A stretch of DNA of 62,329 nucleotides, the filler included, from Sphacelaria rigidula (lineage: Eukaryota): assembly GCA_964200075.2 (NCBI GenBank). It is 5 parts of 5 records of this genome, joined end to end, with 100 filler letters (N's around TTAATTAATTAA, not from the genome) between each part and the next. Parts side by side here need not be neighbours in the genome. Positions count along the whole stretch, not along the records: positions 37,460 to 49,844 come from CAXNAA020003833.1; positions 49,945 to 62,329 come from CAXNAA020003834.1; 3 more parts are not named here. One strand, given 5' to 3'. Shown piece after piece: positions 39,114-52,900 of this stretch. Each line of letters begins with the position of its first letter. Position 1 is the stretch's first letter. The notes beneath the pieces are model-generated. The model saw only the letters and a program-made list of their open reading frames with translations. It did no database searches and had not been told where the DNA came from. Position numbers and translations under genes: made by a program.

Positions 39114-41267
39114 GCCGCTACTCGCCCGATATCGCACCAAGACCACTCACTGCTTGTATAAGAGCTACCTTGATGATGCGGTGGACTGTGGCTACCTCTG
39201 CAAGTTGCCGGGTGTCAAGCATGAGAGTCCGTGAATACCGGGCCATGGCTTGAAATGCCGAGTGTATGTTTCCAGCGTGAGTGCATCACAATCCTTGACG
39301 TTATTCCTGGCTAATACTGCCAAACTTTAACGTCTTGCGCCGTATCTTCGATGCACCAAGTCCACAAGGCGGACAGCTCACAAGCCACCAAGATAAGTTA
39401 TCGAAGAGAACTCTCAGATCTGTTACCCAAGAACACAAAACAGGGGACGTTAGGGTCCAAAAAGCCGAAGCGCTACCTTCGCACACCCTCGAGAATGCAT
39501 TCCATGGTGAAAAAATGTACTGCGCACAGTAAGGAATCTATCGTTTATTGCAATAGACGCAATAGTCGACATTCTACGCTTTACACGTTTTGACCTTGCA
39601 ATATTTTTTCCAGGGTGTGTACCTCTGCACCACTCCGCATGCCCGGCGTCCGGTGCTGAACGGACTAAACATGGAAAGGGGGGGGGGGGGGGAGGGGGAA
39701 GTAAGCTAAGTCATGATCCGGATCAGTACACTATTCGAAAGTAATATTTAGGTAGCTCATGAGCTGCCCGACGTGTGAAACGGTTGACGCGAATCGTTTT
39801 CCACCATTCCCGTAGTCAGTCACGAGATTGGGAACCTGAGACGGTGCACCTGCCAGCTAGGGTTCTCGTTTGTGTGCCGCCTATTTGCGCCGGCCATTTT
39901 TTTTCTCTACAAGATCTGTCATGATTTTTTAGCGAAAATCTGAAAGTCCGACCGAAAGTCGAACCGGGCGCACGGACGGGCGTCAAAGTGCGCTGGGATC
40001 TCCCTGGAGACTAGAGTTGACTTATAGTCGAAGAAAACTATCTGGCTAGCCCCCATTTTCGGACAAAAATCGGTGTCAAATAGGAAATATATATGTATGT
40101 ATATATATGCATGTTTTCGGAGTTTTTTTTTATGCGGCCTAACTGCCTACCGTGTGGCGCCTTGTTTGCGTTTGGTGTGGTCCACCAAGCACCTCGAGAG
40201 GTGGACTACGCCGTGGTCGAGAGGTTCAGGGTGATGTGAAGGAGGGGAGGGTATAGTTGTTTTCTTTTACAAGGAAAACATGAGATGGTTCAAAAATTAC
40301 TCTTCGAGGTTAATAGGCAGTCGATGTAAGGCTTACATTCAATGGTGCTCCGACTCCAAGCGCCCCCAATATTGACCGCAACCGCGCACCCCGCGTGCAT
40401 CCTGCACACCCTTTTTGGCTAAGCCACGACGGTGCGGACGTTGTGCAATCAAGAGTCACCTCGAACAACCCACAGGGATGCCGACGGCGACGATATGACG
40501 CTAGTTGAATCGTGCGGAGACCTGTCGGCTTTGACACACCTTCCGAGGCTACACTATGATTGTCGAGGTAGATGGCGTTTGTCGTTGATCGACATTTCCT
40601 TCATATTTTTTCAGGAGGGGCGGCAAGGTTGGAACGTTCATGGTCGTGCTCCACTTGTCGTGGAACGTTTAGGGCAACGACATGCGATCTTCTTTGGCGG
40701 CCGCGCCTGTGAGAATCAACGCAGAGGTGGCTTTTCGCCGGGCGCATACCCTTCTCAACGCATGGACGTCACCGGTTTTCTAATTGTCTGCGTTCACTCA
40801 TCGAATTGTCTGCAGCCAAAATCGCACTTTTGCATCGAGGACTCTCCTGCGGGCCGACTCTACCGCACCATATACCATGTTTGTTGCCCTGACTAGTTGC
40901 GACACCTACATGAGCTCAAGTTATTCGACCTTCGTGTCGTCGAGAGAAGCCAATATCCCCCCCCACCCCTACTTGCACAAAATCATTTCCCCGCCCAAGG
41001 TTTAAAAAAATACAAAACCGGAGTACCGTGGTTAATCTCATTTCAGCGCACAGATCGCTACACGGACGTCAGGTGGATGGTCTCTCGAGAGGGGGGGGTA
41101 CAATTCCCGTGCAGATCCTTCCGTTGGCTCAAGGTACTTCTGGATGAACTCCTGGGACCGGCCGTGTGCACCTTCCATCCGTTTCTACCGATTCCGCCAT
41201 TTGCGGTTGAAAAATCAAGTAATGTTTAGGAAAAATCCTGATTGATTGAGTGTATCTTCGCCTTCTC

Positions 41268-44200
41268 TTTTTTTTTTTCTCGTGCTGGCTGCTGTACTCC
41301 AGCACTCGTGGCAGTGCGAGAATATATCTGACTTGTGACAATGCCACATAATTTTCGGGCACGATGTATTCTATACACCACTACGACTTTTTCGTCGAAA
41401 TTCCCTGGCACAAAGAAACACAACGTATCGCATACGTGCGAGCCCCGCGGCGAGCTCCAAGGGGTTCTTGCGCGGTGGAGATCCCGGCGTCTTTCGTCGT
41501 CGTACGGGGGGATCGCTCTCGCCAAATAGCATTTTAGCTCACTGGCGACCAGGTTCCATGTTTCATCCTTAGTCTGCAGTTTTTCTTGAGGGGAAACGTG
41601 ACTCTAGCGGGTATCGGTATGAACAGTGAAAGCCGGCAGCATTTTTCGGATCTCATCGTAGAGTCTGCTGGAGTGGCGTCGTGATTGAGATGCAAGGCTA
41701 CTGTCGAGCAATGTTCTAGAACGAAGGATCCCGTTCTTGGTTGTGAATTGCATGGCGGTGCGTTTTCCGCCGCGCATGTCGGCGCGCAGGGGGGTTGTAG
41801 AGTATAACAATCCACCTTCTGAGTCTCCTGATTATCCTGTGGTTGTTGTGATAAAATATATCGCCCCGTCTTCAGTCGTCGCTCGAGGGGACGCTGTCAT
41901 TGGTGGATGAAAATGTCCGCTGAGTTGATGTTGCTCGGGGTCGACCCTGTCTCTAATCTTCTCGACCAAGCGGAATATGGCACCATGGGCCTAGGAGAAC
42001 AATGTCAACCGAGTGTAGCACATTATGTGACTCAAAGCTCGTCCAATGAAATGGCAGAGCGGCGCTATCATGATGATCTTGCTCGAGCTCGGGGAAGTGT
42101 TGAGTGATGAACATCCAATGTGAGGTGTCAATTTCATGACCGGGAATATTCCACCACACACGTTCCGTTGGCGAACTCATTTGGTGTCATGGTTACGGGA
42201 GATCGTCTTACCTTACGTGGTCATACAAAAGTGGTGATATCCTCGGCCAATAATCAGATTGACGTTGCTATGTGCGTCGGCAGTTGGCCATCACATTCTA
42301 TGGGCGGGCGAGAGAGATACAACACAGTAGCTGTACCAAGATGAACGACCTTCAGGCGCTGAGTTGGTGAACGGCCGAAATGATGTGTTTGGAGGAGATA
42401 TCTACCTGCTGTAAGCCCCCGCGTAGTTGGTTGATATCACCAGCCAGTGGTGCTTTTTGCGAAGAGGATGTGATCCAGTGCATGGATTTTATATGGCTTC
42501 CCTTCCTCCGTGAGATTGCACGTGCGAACATGGGAGTCGAGCTTAGTGCCACACCATCGGTATATTATAGCACACCCGGATGACTTTGCCGGAAACTATC
42601 CCGATTTGACTCCCACGTGACTGCGATGATGCTGCTGCACAGAAAGTGCCCTCGAAAAGTGGAGATGGCGAATATCTTGCGCTGCGCCTGTGTCGAAGTA
42701 ACTGAGGGAGTCTTCGATGAACGAAAATGTTGCCCGGGTGTACCGACCTCTCCTCGTACGATCGGGCGTGTCAGTGGTTGAGAGGGTTCCTTTGCCCACC
42801 ACCTGGCTAGGCGTCTCCGTGCCCGCCTTCCATTCGTTTGGAAGGTGGGATGCGACAGAGTAAGAGCAACGATCACCCACCGCAATGCTGCCCGAGGCTT
42901 CCGTCGGAGATTGCCAATATCAGTGTGCTGGGTGAGGCGGCGGATTCAATGCGGGTTATGTTCCGGTACCGGGACGACATCGTCAACATTTGCACGACAT
43001 GTCACTGCTCAAATAGTCCTTGTTGCTCACAAGCTATATATGCACCGATGGTGTACCTTCCACCGGTGGGGCGGACGTGGGAATTGATAATGTAAAAGAA
43101 GCGGCCAATATGTAGGTGTTTATTCCGTGAGAGAGTCGAGGGTGCGCGTGTTTGCCGCAGTGGTGAGGGCCCATCTTCATGGGGATCCCCGAGAAAATTA
43201 TTTTGAAACGAATATTACTCGGCGACTTTCGCCCTGTGATAGCTATTTGTCTTCCTTGTGATGATGGTAGCTGGTGAGCATCTAGATGAATCGCTAACAT
43301 GACTATCTCAAAACGTAACTCGTCCGGTTCCGTCGAGACAGGTCGTAGGTGGGACTTGTACCACACAGTGATTGCTACCGTGTGAAAAGCTATCGCGTGC
43401 ACGGGGTACCTCGGAGGACGCTGGTTGAGGTGGATTGGCCTAGTGCTCGTTCGCCGCGGGTCCCGCTCTGTCGGCATGGATGTTGTTGATGAGTATCGGC
43501 GGCGAACTGATCGTCGGGGCACTGGTTGAGCGATGTCGCCTCCTTGCCTGTAGTACGAGGAGGCCAAATCGTCGGCGAAGGATCCGCTTTGCCCGTCAGT
43601 TGTTCAAGTCTTCATAGGCGTGAAGAAATAGATTCACATGGAGAGATGAATGGCCTCATTGAGGTACAAGATTTGTAGCGAGTGTTTGCCGCGGTATCGG
43701 AGTGAGAGCTTACGGCTTCCATCGGATCGATGATTCACCCCTTGTGTGTCGGTACGGTCGGGTTTTGCACAAGCGCCCCCGTATCCGCTATACTGACCAG
43801 TCAAGTGGTTGACCGCCTTCGCGTCGCACCGCTTTGCAGGACAGTGGTTACATGCGAAGCAGTAGAAGTAGTCCAACGAAGCCGTGTTGAAACCGCAGTG
43901 TCGGGGGAAGCAGTTGGTGATTTCACGGTAATATGTCCCCCCCCCCCCTCCTTGGGGGGTTGCCGTCGGTTGACAATGATTGTGTTGAACACGCCACCCA
44001 CGATGTAAGCTAGGCAACCAGGTTCCCGATTTTTTTGCACTTTTTTTTGCGATTACTATGACGGTGGTCGAGCGAGATCATGTTGTGCGCTGTGAGAGAA
44101 TCTCATTTCCGCGCAAAATTGGATGCTCATACCACGTAGTGTTTGGATGGTGAGACACCCATGAGGCAGTGTGGACCCCGTGGCTGTCTCTGGAAATGGC

Positions 44201-44447
44201 GATACCAGAAAATGATTCAAATCATTGGAGGCTGTCATCCATGTGCAGAATAAAAAGTCCGGGATGAAGAATCTTGGCAGAATGCAGCTCATCCTTCATG
44301 CGACTCGCCGAACACATCACGGCGCGTCGCGCTTGGTGATTGATTGCGAGTCTGGTCCGACGGAAACCCAGCGAGGTCCGTCCCGGCCTTGTAGGAATGC
44401 GAGGTCAATTGTATCATGACTACGGCATGCAACATCATGAGTACACG
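41268..44447 (-). mobile_element. Decayed non-LTR retrotransposon (possibly R4-like, RLE-type) with poly(A) end
   Basis: An A11 tail lies at 41268-41278 on the minus strand. There is a relic RT motif SGIP(H)EDGPSPL near 43160-43195 (cf. GIPQGDxLSPL) and a relic 'VSPQEKLQTKDETWNLVASELK' near 41540-41600. The 5' block 44148-44447 is repeated at 48113-48416 and partly at ~25070-25200 and ~26750-26850. Confidence 0.45.
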
Positions 44448-44549
44448 CCCCCCCTCCCCCGTATTTCCCCCCGGCTTCATACGTTGTACGTATGACCATT
44501 TCGATGTGCATCTTCGTTGGTCTGTTGATGCGTTTCTCCCGATGTCAGA

Positions 44550-44650
44550 TTGTCGTCGTCGTCGTCGTCGTTGTTGTTGTTGTTGTTGTTGTTGTTGTCG
44601 TCGTCGTCGTCATTGTTGTTATTGTTGTCGTTGTTGTCGTTGTTGTTGTC
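44550..44650. repeat. Compound microsatellite (GTC)n/(GTT)n
   Basis: Seen directly. Confidence 0.95.
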
Positions 44651-47234
44651 TTCACATTAAAAACCGTCCCGATTTCTGCCCAGTACTCTGTACTGGGCAT
44701 CTGATGCAGACGCCTTGCGTGGTCACAGGCTAACTACTCTGAAAAGATGGTAAAATAAACGAAAAATAAATGAAGCCAAACTCAGAAAAAATCGCGCAGA
44801 GGCAAAACAGAAAAAAATACGAATAAATTAAATGATGATGAAAGAACAGAGAGAAATATGAGTAAGAAGAGGGAAAGAAAACTGCTGACCTCACAAGTTC
44901 CGATGCCGTATGCGACCGTGTCGGCTTGCCCCACTTCTTGTGGTCATGTGACGGGGAGATATTACGGTGTCGATGGTCAAAGGACCGTTGCCTCATACCC
45001 ACATTTCTCCGTCAGTGAACCGATATTGCGTTAGATTTCTTAGTGAGGTGGGAATATGACTACACGTAAGACACCACCCAGCTGTTGCTGCGCATGGAGT
45101 TGTTCACGTGTAGGCAGAAATACGAATCGCAAAGTCGAACAGTGTTCGCACGCAATTTTTTTTCTCGAGGTGGCAAAATCCACTTATCGCTCGTTCTTTT
45201 CAGGCTGGAGATGTGAGCATCTGTCTATAGTGAGTACTTTCCCCCCGTAGTGTACTGGTACACCCACAGGAAGCAGCCGGAGGCGCAGGGTGTCGGAACC
45301 TCGACTGTACGCCACGAGGTTGGAGTGAGAGCTTCTGCGTATATCCACGATCCTCGTCTACGGCTATTTACGGTGTAGCATCAGTCATTCTCATCACAAG
45401 TGATCCATATTCGGAACCGAAATCGAGGTTATCGGATGATGCTGTGCCCGGTGAACTGTTGGGGACTTGTGGAGGAAAGAGGCGCTCGGGAAAGAGGGAG
45501 CCTCCCCCCTCCGTGGGATGGCGTACCTGAAGGCCCACCCAAGCGTTTGTTTTCGTGGGGTGTTGAAGGATAACAACCTTGTGAGACCTCCCGGATACCG
45601 CTGGCATAAGTGTATGTTGGCACAATGTTGAATGTCGGTGTATACGTCGAGCTGTATTCGTGAGCGTATCCATGTGCTGGGTTTTACTTCTTGGTTAATT
45701 GTTTCACAGTTTGTTATGGTAGGGTAGGGTAGGGTAGAGATTAGGGGATTTTTCGGGTGTCGATACCGCGGAACATCCTGATAATCCTTGGTACCCCAGG
45801 GTAGGTAGCCTGCCCTAACCATCTTTATTGTTGCGGTTAGGGTAGGGTGGGGGTGCCAAAATAGGGTATCTTGAGGTGTTGATACCCTGGGTAATACCAA
45901 GGTTTTTTTACTGTCGACACACGCTGGGATACTAAGTACTCCCGGCAGTCGATACTCCAGGTACCCTTGGGTACTGGGTACTCCGTGTACCCTGAAAATA
46001 CGAGGTTCTCCACGGTACATACCCCACCTTTACCACCTTAGGATTGTTCGCATTTGATCCTTTTCACTCTGCCGCCGAAGAGTCACAAGCATGGTGGGAA
46101 AACGAGTGTCCCTTTGCGTACCGAAAACTGCGAGTACCGCGATAGGGTACAAAGGTTTCTGATTCTCGTGGGAAATGATTTTTCCCGCGGTGGGCACCGT
46201 AGTCGTCTGGCATATATCATTTCGGTTAGGTACAGTTCTGAGTTTCCTCGGGTCCGAATGATTACATGGAATGATCGAATCGGAACAACTACTCCGTGCT
46301 GTGCTGTCGGTGGTACGCACTTTCAAACGAGGCCGTATTGCCATCGTTTTGGTGACCGTTGCAGTGTAACGTTCCGCTGCATGCGCTTTGCCTACCTGCT
46401 TCGACAATTCCTTGACCTTGAGAGAATCGAGGTACTCGTGCAGTGCATCTGTGCAATGGGGGGGATCCTGCCACAATGACACCCAGTCGGCGGTAAGTTG
46501 GTTTGTTTCACGGGATCCCCACAAAAGACAGGTACTATTTCTCTGCATCTTCAACTGTTCAGAGTAGCGGCGAGTGTGATTCGAGCACCCACTAAAGGTG
46601 CTCCCACGATATCGTGGAAATAAATTGCACATATCTCGTGCTGACCAGTGTCCGACGACTCACTCGAATAATGTCATGGGCCTGGCTCGAATATTACGGG
46701 TATTGCGGAAGAATGGAATCCCACACGTGAGCCCGACGGCAAGTTATCGTCTGTTTCCGAATGACACCTAGGACTCGAGCCCCGCGAGTCATTCGAAAAA
46801 ATGGGTACTCGTCACTTCAATGAGTCCGAGTCGCACGAGTAAGCTTGAGACTGAGGCGGGTGTGTGATGGGCATACTGCATACTTCTACTGCTCGTGTGA
46901 TGTCGACAAAGGATCCTTCGGGGAGGGGCGAGATCACAAACTGTTTTCAAATGGCTTCCAACAGAGGGATCGTGTCGGATCGACATTCGAGTTGCTTGAA
47001 CCGCCGGACTCAACGTTCTGAAAACAGTTTCCAATGTACCCGTGTTTTATTGTCTCGCTGTAGGCAAGGGTGAACGGCTGTTGTGTAGGTGTAGATTGCT
47101 TGTCGGAGGTGCGCTATTCGCTACCGTCTCTCCGTCCGTACGGTTGCAGGTGCTGCGCTGTACAGTTCCCACAGCTGTCTTGGTGTGAGACTCCAGTTGT
47201 ACAGTCAAACTACACTGGGAGTCAAATTGCTATA

Positions 47235-47532
47235 AACAATGTTTTCGTGAGATTGAGAGTAGATGGTTGATTGAGAGTGAGTTTTGTCATTGGTTTTTTC
47301 TTGACCAATTTTTCATTCTGTGCGTGCTTCTCTTTGCCGGTAACACTGGCGTGTGCTTAACAGCTCCACGTCGATATCCTACTCGAGGGTATAGAGGGCT
47401 TCAGTGGCAAGCTGCTACAGAAAGCATATTGGGCCTCGTGGAGGGGCATTTCGGACTCAAACTATTTCGTTGAGTAAATGACTGCTTACTCTCAATCGCA
47501 CCCTGTACTCTCAATCTCACGAAAACATGGTT
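47235..47532 (+). mobile_element. ~298-bp MITE, TIR AACAATGTTTTCGTGAGATTGAGAGTA, 4-bp TSD (TATA)
   Basis: TIRs of about 27 bp are visible at both ends with TATA on both flanks. The internal sequence is shared with copies at 28593, 55459 and 57637. Confidence 0.85.
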
Positions 47533-48112
47533 TATACCGAATTCTCACAGAGGATAGACGTGGCCAGTACTGGGGAGAGATGGGTTGATCCCTTGAGATC
47601 ACGGACTCCTCCCGAGGAAGGGGAGGGGTTCAAAGTGCGACAAAATCAAAGAGGAGTGGAAATGAAAGTAGCAATGTCGTTGTTGCAGCGCGACGACAGC
47701 TGTGAGGCGATCAATCAGAGAGAGAGAGAGAGATTTACGCGACGGTGTGTAGCGGCATTTCCATTCCTGTGGCATTGGTGACCGTATGTCCCATACCACA
47801 ACTGTGCTGCGAGGTGATGAGCTAGCGACAAGAGCGTGTATGTGTACTACAGTGGTATACGTTTTGTTTCATCATGTCCTTTCCGTCAGTTTTTGTGTGC
47901 TTGACCTGCAAAAGTAAAAGTAGGAACGCCGGTTGATGCTCATCGCACAAATGGTACTGATGGTGGGCACCGCGAAATGTCTTCGGGTCGCAACTCTCAA
48001 AGTATACCCGCTTGCTTTCATCTATGGGCAGGAGCTGAGCCGTCAGGAGATGAAGAGGGGCATTTTTTCATTTCCTTCTCGTCACACTTTGAATCCCTCC
48101 TTGTCCTTTGAG

Positions 48113-48416
48113 TGGTGAGACACCCATGAGGCAGTGTGTTACCCGTGGCTGTCGCTGTAAGTGGCGATACCAGGGAATGAAGCAACTCATTGGAGGCTGT
48201 CAACCGCATGCGAGATAGTCGGAACGCTTTGGGCCGAACAGGCTTAGCAGAATGGAGTTCGCCCTTCATGCGACTCGCCGAACACATCACGGCGCCTCGC
48301 GCCTGGTGATTGATTGCGAGCCTGGTCGGGCGGAAATCCGGTGTGCCCCGTCCCGGCTTTGTAGGGGTGGGAGATCAATATTATTATGACAACGGCATGC
48401 AAGATCATGAGTACAC
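48113..48416 (-). repeat. Dispersed repeat, copy of 44148-44447
   Basis: Shares tggtgagacacccatgaggcagtgtg ... ttcatgcgactcgccgaacacatcacggcgc ... tcatgagtacac. Confidence 0.85.
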
Positions 48417-49844
48417 CCCATTTCCTTGGGACGTGTCTGTGGTCTCAAAAAATCCATTCATCGCTACCCAGGTATACACCTTGGATTTTGGCATGGCGAG
48501 TTGAATCAGCGCTCCCGCACTGCATGGGCTAGTCGTCAAACAATATCCTGGTTGTCACTCGCGTCCTTGCGGTTCAACGGCGTCAAGAAGATAGTGTTTG
48601 AAACAATATGCCGGACATATCTGCTGGGGATTAAACTCGCATTATAATATTATAATGGGAATATTATAATCCCCCCCCGTGCATGATAATGAGTACCCCC
48701 CCCTCGTCCTCCCGTCCTCAACCTGTGTTGGTTCCTTGCCTTCTTCATGTCCTACCGAAATTGCAGGCTTTTCCCCGACTGCCGATCAGGAGAGAAGCCC
48801 ATCGTGTAACGGAAAATACTTGGAGAGGGTTTGCGTATTTTCATAATTTATTTTGCCCCAACGAGGGCAACAAAGGCGAGCACACCTTGCTGCCAAGAGA
48901 GGGAGAGTGAGAGCGGACCAGGTGGGGTGTGTGTGGAAGCGGCGAGAGCAAAGGCACGGGTTGGGCGCGTGTTTGTCGGCAGGTCGCTGTTGAGGCTTGT
49001 GAAGGAGCGAGGGCCAGGCGGCAGGCTTCACTTGTGTTTTCGGAGTGCTTGAGGAACTGTTGTGCAGCGGGCCAAGGGGGGTAAAATATATTGCTTCTTG
49101 CGGATCGTGTGGGCCGGGGCCAGTGTGGAGTAAAAGGAGCGACCTCTTTGTTCCATTCTCGCCAAATACATACATTTAGACGAACCCGTTTGTCTTTTCC
49201 ACCAGAAAATACGAACGCGAACACGGGGTGTGGTACGATCCTGGGCGAGGAAATTTTGTGCTTTGATTTTACTCTGTCGCAGCAAAACCCTCCGTTTTTT
49301 GTACTCAACATTTCGGGATCGCGTACTGGGCAAAGGAGAAATATATAGGGGGGGATCGACGACGCAGGGTGTGGGATAGGCGAACTGCATTCGAAGCAGC
49401 ACGTGCGCAATTGCAGAGATCAGGGACTAGCGGGCGCACGGCAGAGAGGAAGGCTTTGAGCATCGCAGGCGTGCTTTGGGGGGCGGAGGAAGAATAGTGT
49501 TTCCGGTAGTGGGGGCGTGCTTCGTTGGGGAGAACAGGGGAAAGCGGAGTAGAAATGAGCGGAGTCGCTAAAAGGGCAACATGGGCAGATGACACGGACT
49601 CCGATGTCGAGGAGGTGAGACGAACGCTGTTTATTTTTTTTGCCGATTTAAAAAGAAATATTTTTCTCAAGGATGATTAATCATGCCTGCGGAGAATCTC
49701 CAGTTGCCTCAAGTTTGGATTGTAGAGATTGCTTATTGCATTGATCGTTTTTTGTCGTCTGTACGCTCTTCGTTGCCACCATTATTGTCGGTGGTGACCA
49801 TGTTTCGAATGCTTGGGTATGCGGGCTCTTGTATTTATAACCCC

Positions 49845-49944
49845 NNNNNNNNNNNNNNNNNNNNNNNNNNNNNNNNNNNNNNNNNNNNTTAATTAATTAA
49901 NNNNNNNNNNNNNNNNNNNNNNNNNNNNNNNNNNNNNNNNNNNN
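49845..49944. other. Artificial contig linker N44-TTAATTAATTAA-N44
   Basis: Same 100-nt spacer as at 12388-12487. Confidence 0.98.
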
Positions 49945-52900
49945 TATCTGAGTCGAGTCTGCACCCCATCCTCTCACGGGATCACGAAGCTACAAACATA
50001 CCCCCCTTCCCCCCCCTCCCCTCATCTCGAAAGGGATGCGTGGTCAATGGTCAAACGACTAAGGCAAGCAACAAATGAGTACGCCCCCCCCCCCTCCCCT
50101 CAAATACTCAAATTTTCAATCTTGGGGCCTACGTGTCCCGCGATATATGTTTGATAGAACCTTGGGCCAAATGTTCCTTTTTGTCACCAATGTCACGACA
50201 TTTGCTTTGATGGAATCCGCCATGTGCTGCTCTGTTCTGTAGGGGGGTGTACAAAGATCAACCTCACGTATCATGAGCTAATGCCCTTTCACCCCTTGGC
50301 TTGTAGATGACGACTTCACCAATGAAACACGGCCGTCTTGTCACAGGCGTTTTCGAGACAGAACCCAAGGCATACGCGACGCAGCTGGTCATGGTATCCA
50401 AATTTCCTTACTTTCTCGTTTTAACACGATGTCAGGCACGCCTTTGACTGCAGATGCGTTGGTGTATGGCGGCCACAACTGCTGCTGTTCGTGTTCTTGT
50501 CTTGTTATCCTCGCAATGGTGATAAGCGTGGGGTGGTAGCTCGGGGGCGTGCGCTTCCCGAGTAGTACAGCAGCTGAACACCAGTGCACCAAGAGTTTCC
50601 ACCCACTGATCTGGAGCGAGTTATCCGGAGGAACAATATCATCTCAACACCGAGCACTCACAGTCTTGAAGATATGTACCATCTTTGTACATTTTATATG
50701 AGCCAGGTCGTTGTTTTTAGGTGACGCGTGTTTTTTTATTGATATGATTCGCGTGACTACGGTTAGTTCTTACGCATAGAGCGTTCGTGATCCATTTTCC
50801 CGAAATATAGTACTCAAAATCGGGCCCCAGTTTTACCCATAACAGTAGTATAATCTGGTGTTTGCGCAGACCAATTTCGGGTCAGGACTTGGACTTTGTA
50901 ATTCCCTCGAAGTCCGAAGTCAGTCCAAAATCCGATGGTTGCGTTTCGCTCGGTTTGGACTCTCAATAAGGGGTGTTATCGGCCAACAGGCGTGACGTGT
51001 AACGTGTGACCGTCCTCCCGGCAACACGCACCACACCAGCCACCTTGCTGCTCGCGCAAACACCAGAGCACACGCCCAGAATATTGCGAATCAATGAGTG
51101 ATGGTGTGGCAGTGGTGTTCCTTTGAAGTCAGCACTGCAACATATGCCCAAAGAAATAGTATGTTGAGCACAACTTGACACAGACAACGATCGACGTGAC
51201 GTGTATCCGGTTTGCACAGAAGTTGTTGCAGACTAGAAAAATCGTTTTGATCACGAGTCATCAACCACAGGCACAAACAACATACATTTTACTCGTGGCC
51301 TGTCATTGCCGCCTGCCTGACCCCTCTTGTGTTGCCAACATAGCTTCACACTGTAGGGTTATTCGGGAACACTAAGCAGAGACACCAGTATAGCGTTCTG
51401 TAGACTAAGCGCCTTGTTCGTTTGACTCGAGGCGAAATAGCCAACACACTATGAAAGTGTATACCCAACACACCATGAAGGTGTCAAAAGTGTCTAGAGA
51501 GCACTGCGTGCCGACATCATTATTTTTCGAAGCGAACGCCGTAAGTGTAATAAAGCGACTCAGGCAGTCAGTCCCACCGGAGACCAAACCGTCTTCAAAA
51601 CGGCCTGGAGACACCACAGCGCAGCAACAGCTACGGCACAAGAGACAGCGCATGAGTGTGTTTGTGCTGCGGCACAGTGATACGGGACATGCCCCATGCG
51701 ATAGTTGTTCCCCTGGCTTCGGATAGGCTCGATTTTGGCTGAGTGGCGGTTTTCAAACGCTGGGGCATAGTTGCCCTTCGTGCCAAAAAAATATTTCACC
51801 TTGAGTTATCTCCGTGCATGCTGCTTCATCGACGACAAGCGAAACTATAGCACAAGGAGATGTGCTGCACAACAGTAGCACTACAGTAGTATGTACAGTA
51901 TAATAGCTGCCTTGCGGGATCGGATGATCAGCGGTACGGTAGCACCCTTGCGGGATTGGATGATACACCATCATTGTACTCCAAGTAGTCTGCTGTCTGC
52001 TGTGCGGTATCTGTATATACAGTAGGTTCTACAAATTGTCTGGCGTCTGCTGTGCGATATCTGTATGTACAGTAAGTTTTAAAAAGCACAACACTGTAGG
52101 AGTTCTGTGTTGTGTTCAGTGTAGTACTATGTACTGCCATATATACTCTAGGTCCTCTGTATTCTAACAAAAGGGATTAAAGTATGTGGGAGGGGTCACG
52201 TTTTGGGTAGGTTCTACAAAAGTTCTGATTGGTTCTGAAATATATATTCTGAAAAAAACGAAACACTTTTCTGTCACAGGAATCCAATGCCGAATCTGAA
52301 ATGGCCTGAGACAGCAAACAATTTGAAAATTGGAACAACCAATTTGAAAATTGGAATAGAATAATCTATTGCATATACCATAACGGCATTGGTCTATGTA
52401 GCGTCCACCAACCACGCGAGGAGTGGGCAATGCAGCGGGTGGGGGAGGTGCCGTCGTGTGTGAAGGCCTGCTCGTTGCAAGGCCACCAGTGACGACCACG
52501 CACGCGTGCGTCCTCTAGGAGACGTGTTGGACTCAATCCTTGAGGATGGGGATGGAGATCCATCATCGATCCTAATTTGCCTCGCTTCCTGTTATGCAAT
52601 GATCATGCGCGGCCAGCAGTGACCCTGGCTTATAGCGATGCCTCACGGCTAGAATCACCCAAGACATGGAACTCGCGACTCCACATCTGGGAAGTGTTGA
52701 CAATTGTACAACACTACCAACACTAAACATGTGAACAAAAATATCCACCAGTTGCACAGCTGCTATTTCTTCACGAACGCCCGGCCAAAAGGGACGAAAA
52801 CATCGAGCGGCCCCCATCAACATGACAAGTTTATCCGTTCTTGCGCACCGCAACTCCCTCGCAACCACGTTGGACGCTGAAATCCCACTAGGTTTTCCAG

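Noticed and set aside
38931..39234. Poly-Ile/Leu 'membrane protein' ORFs (also poly-Val/Cys ORFs at 44416-44733)
   Set aside because: They are translations of microsatellites.
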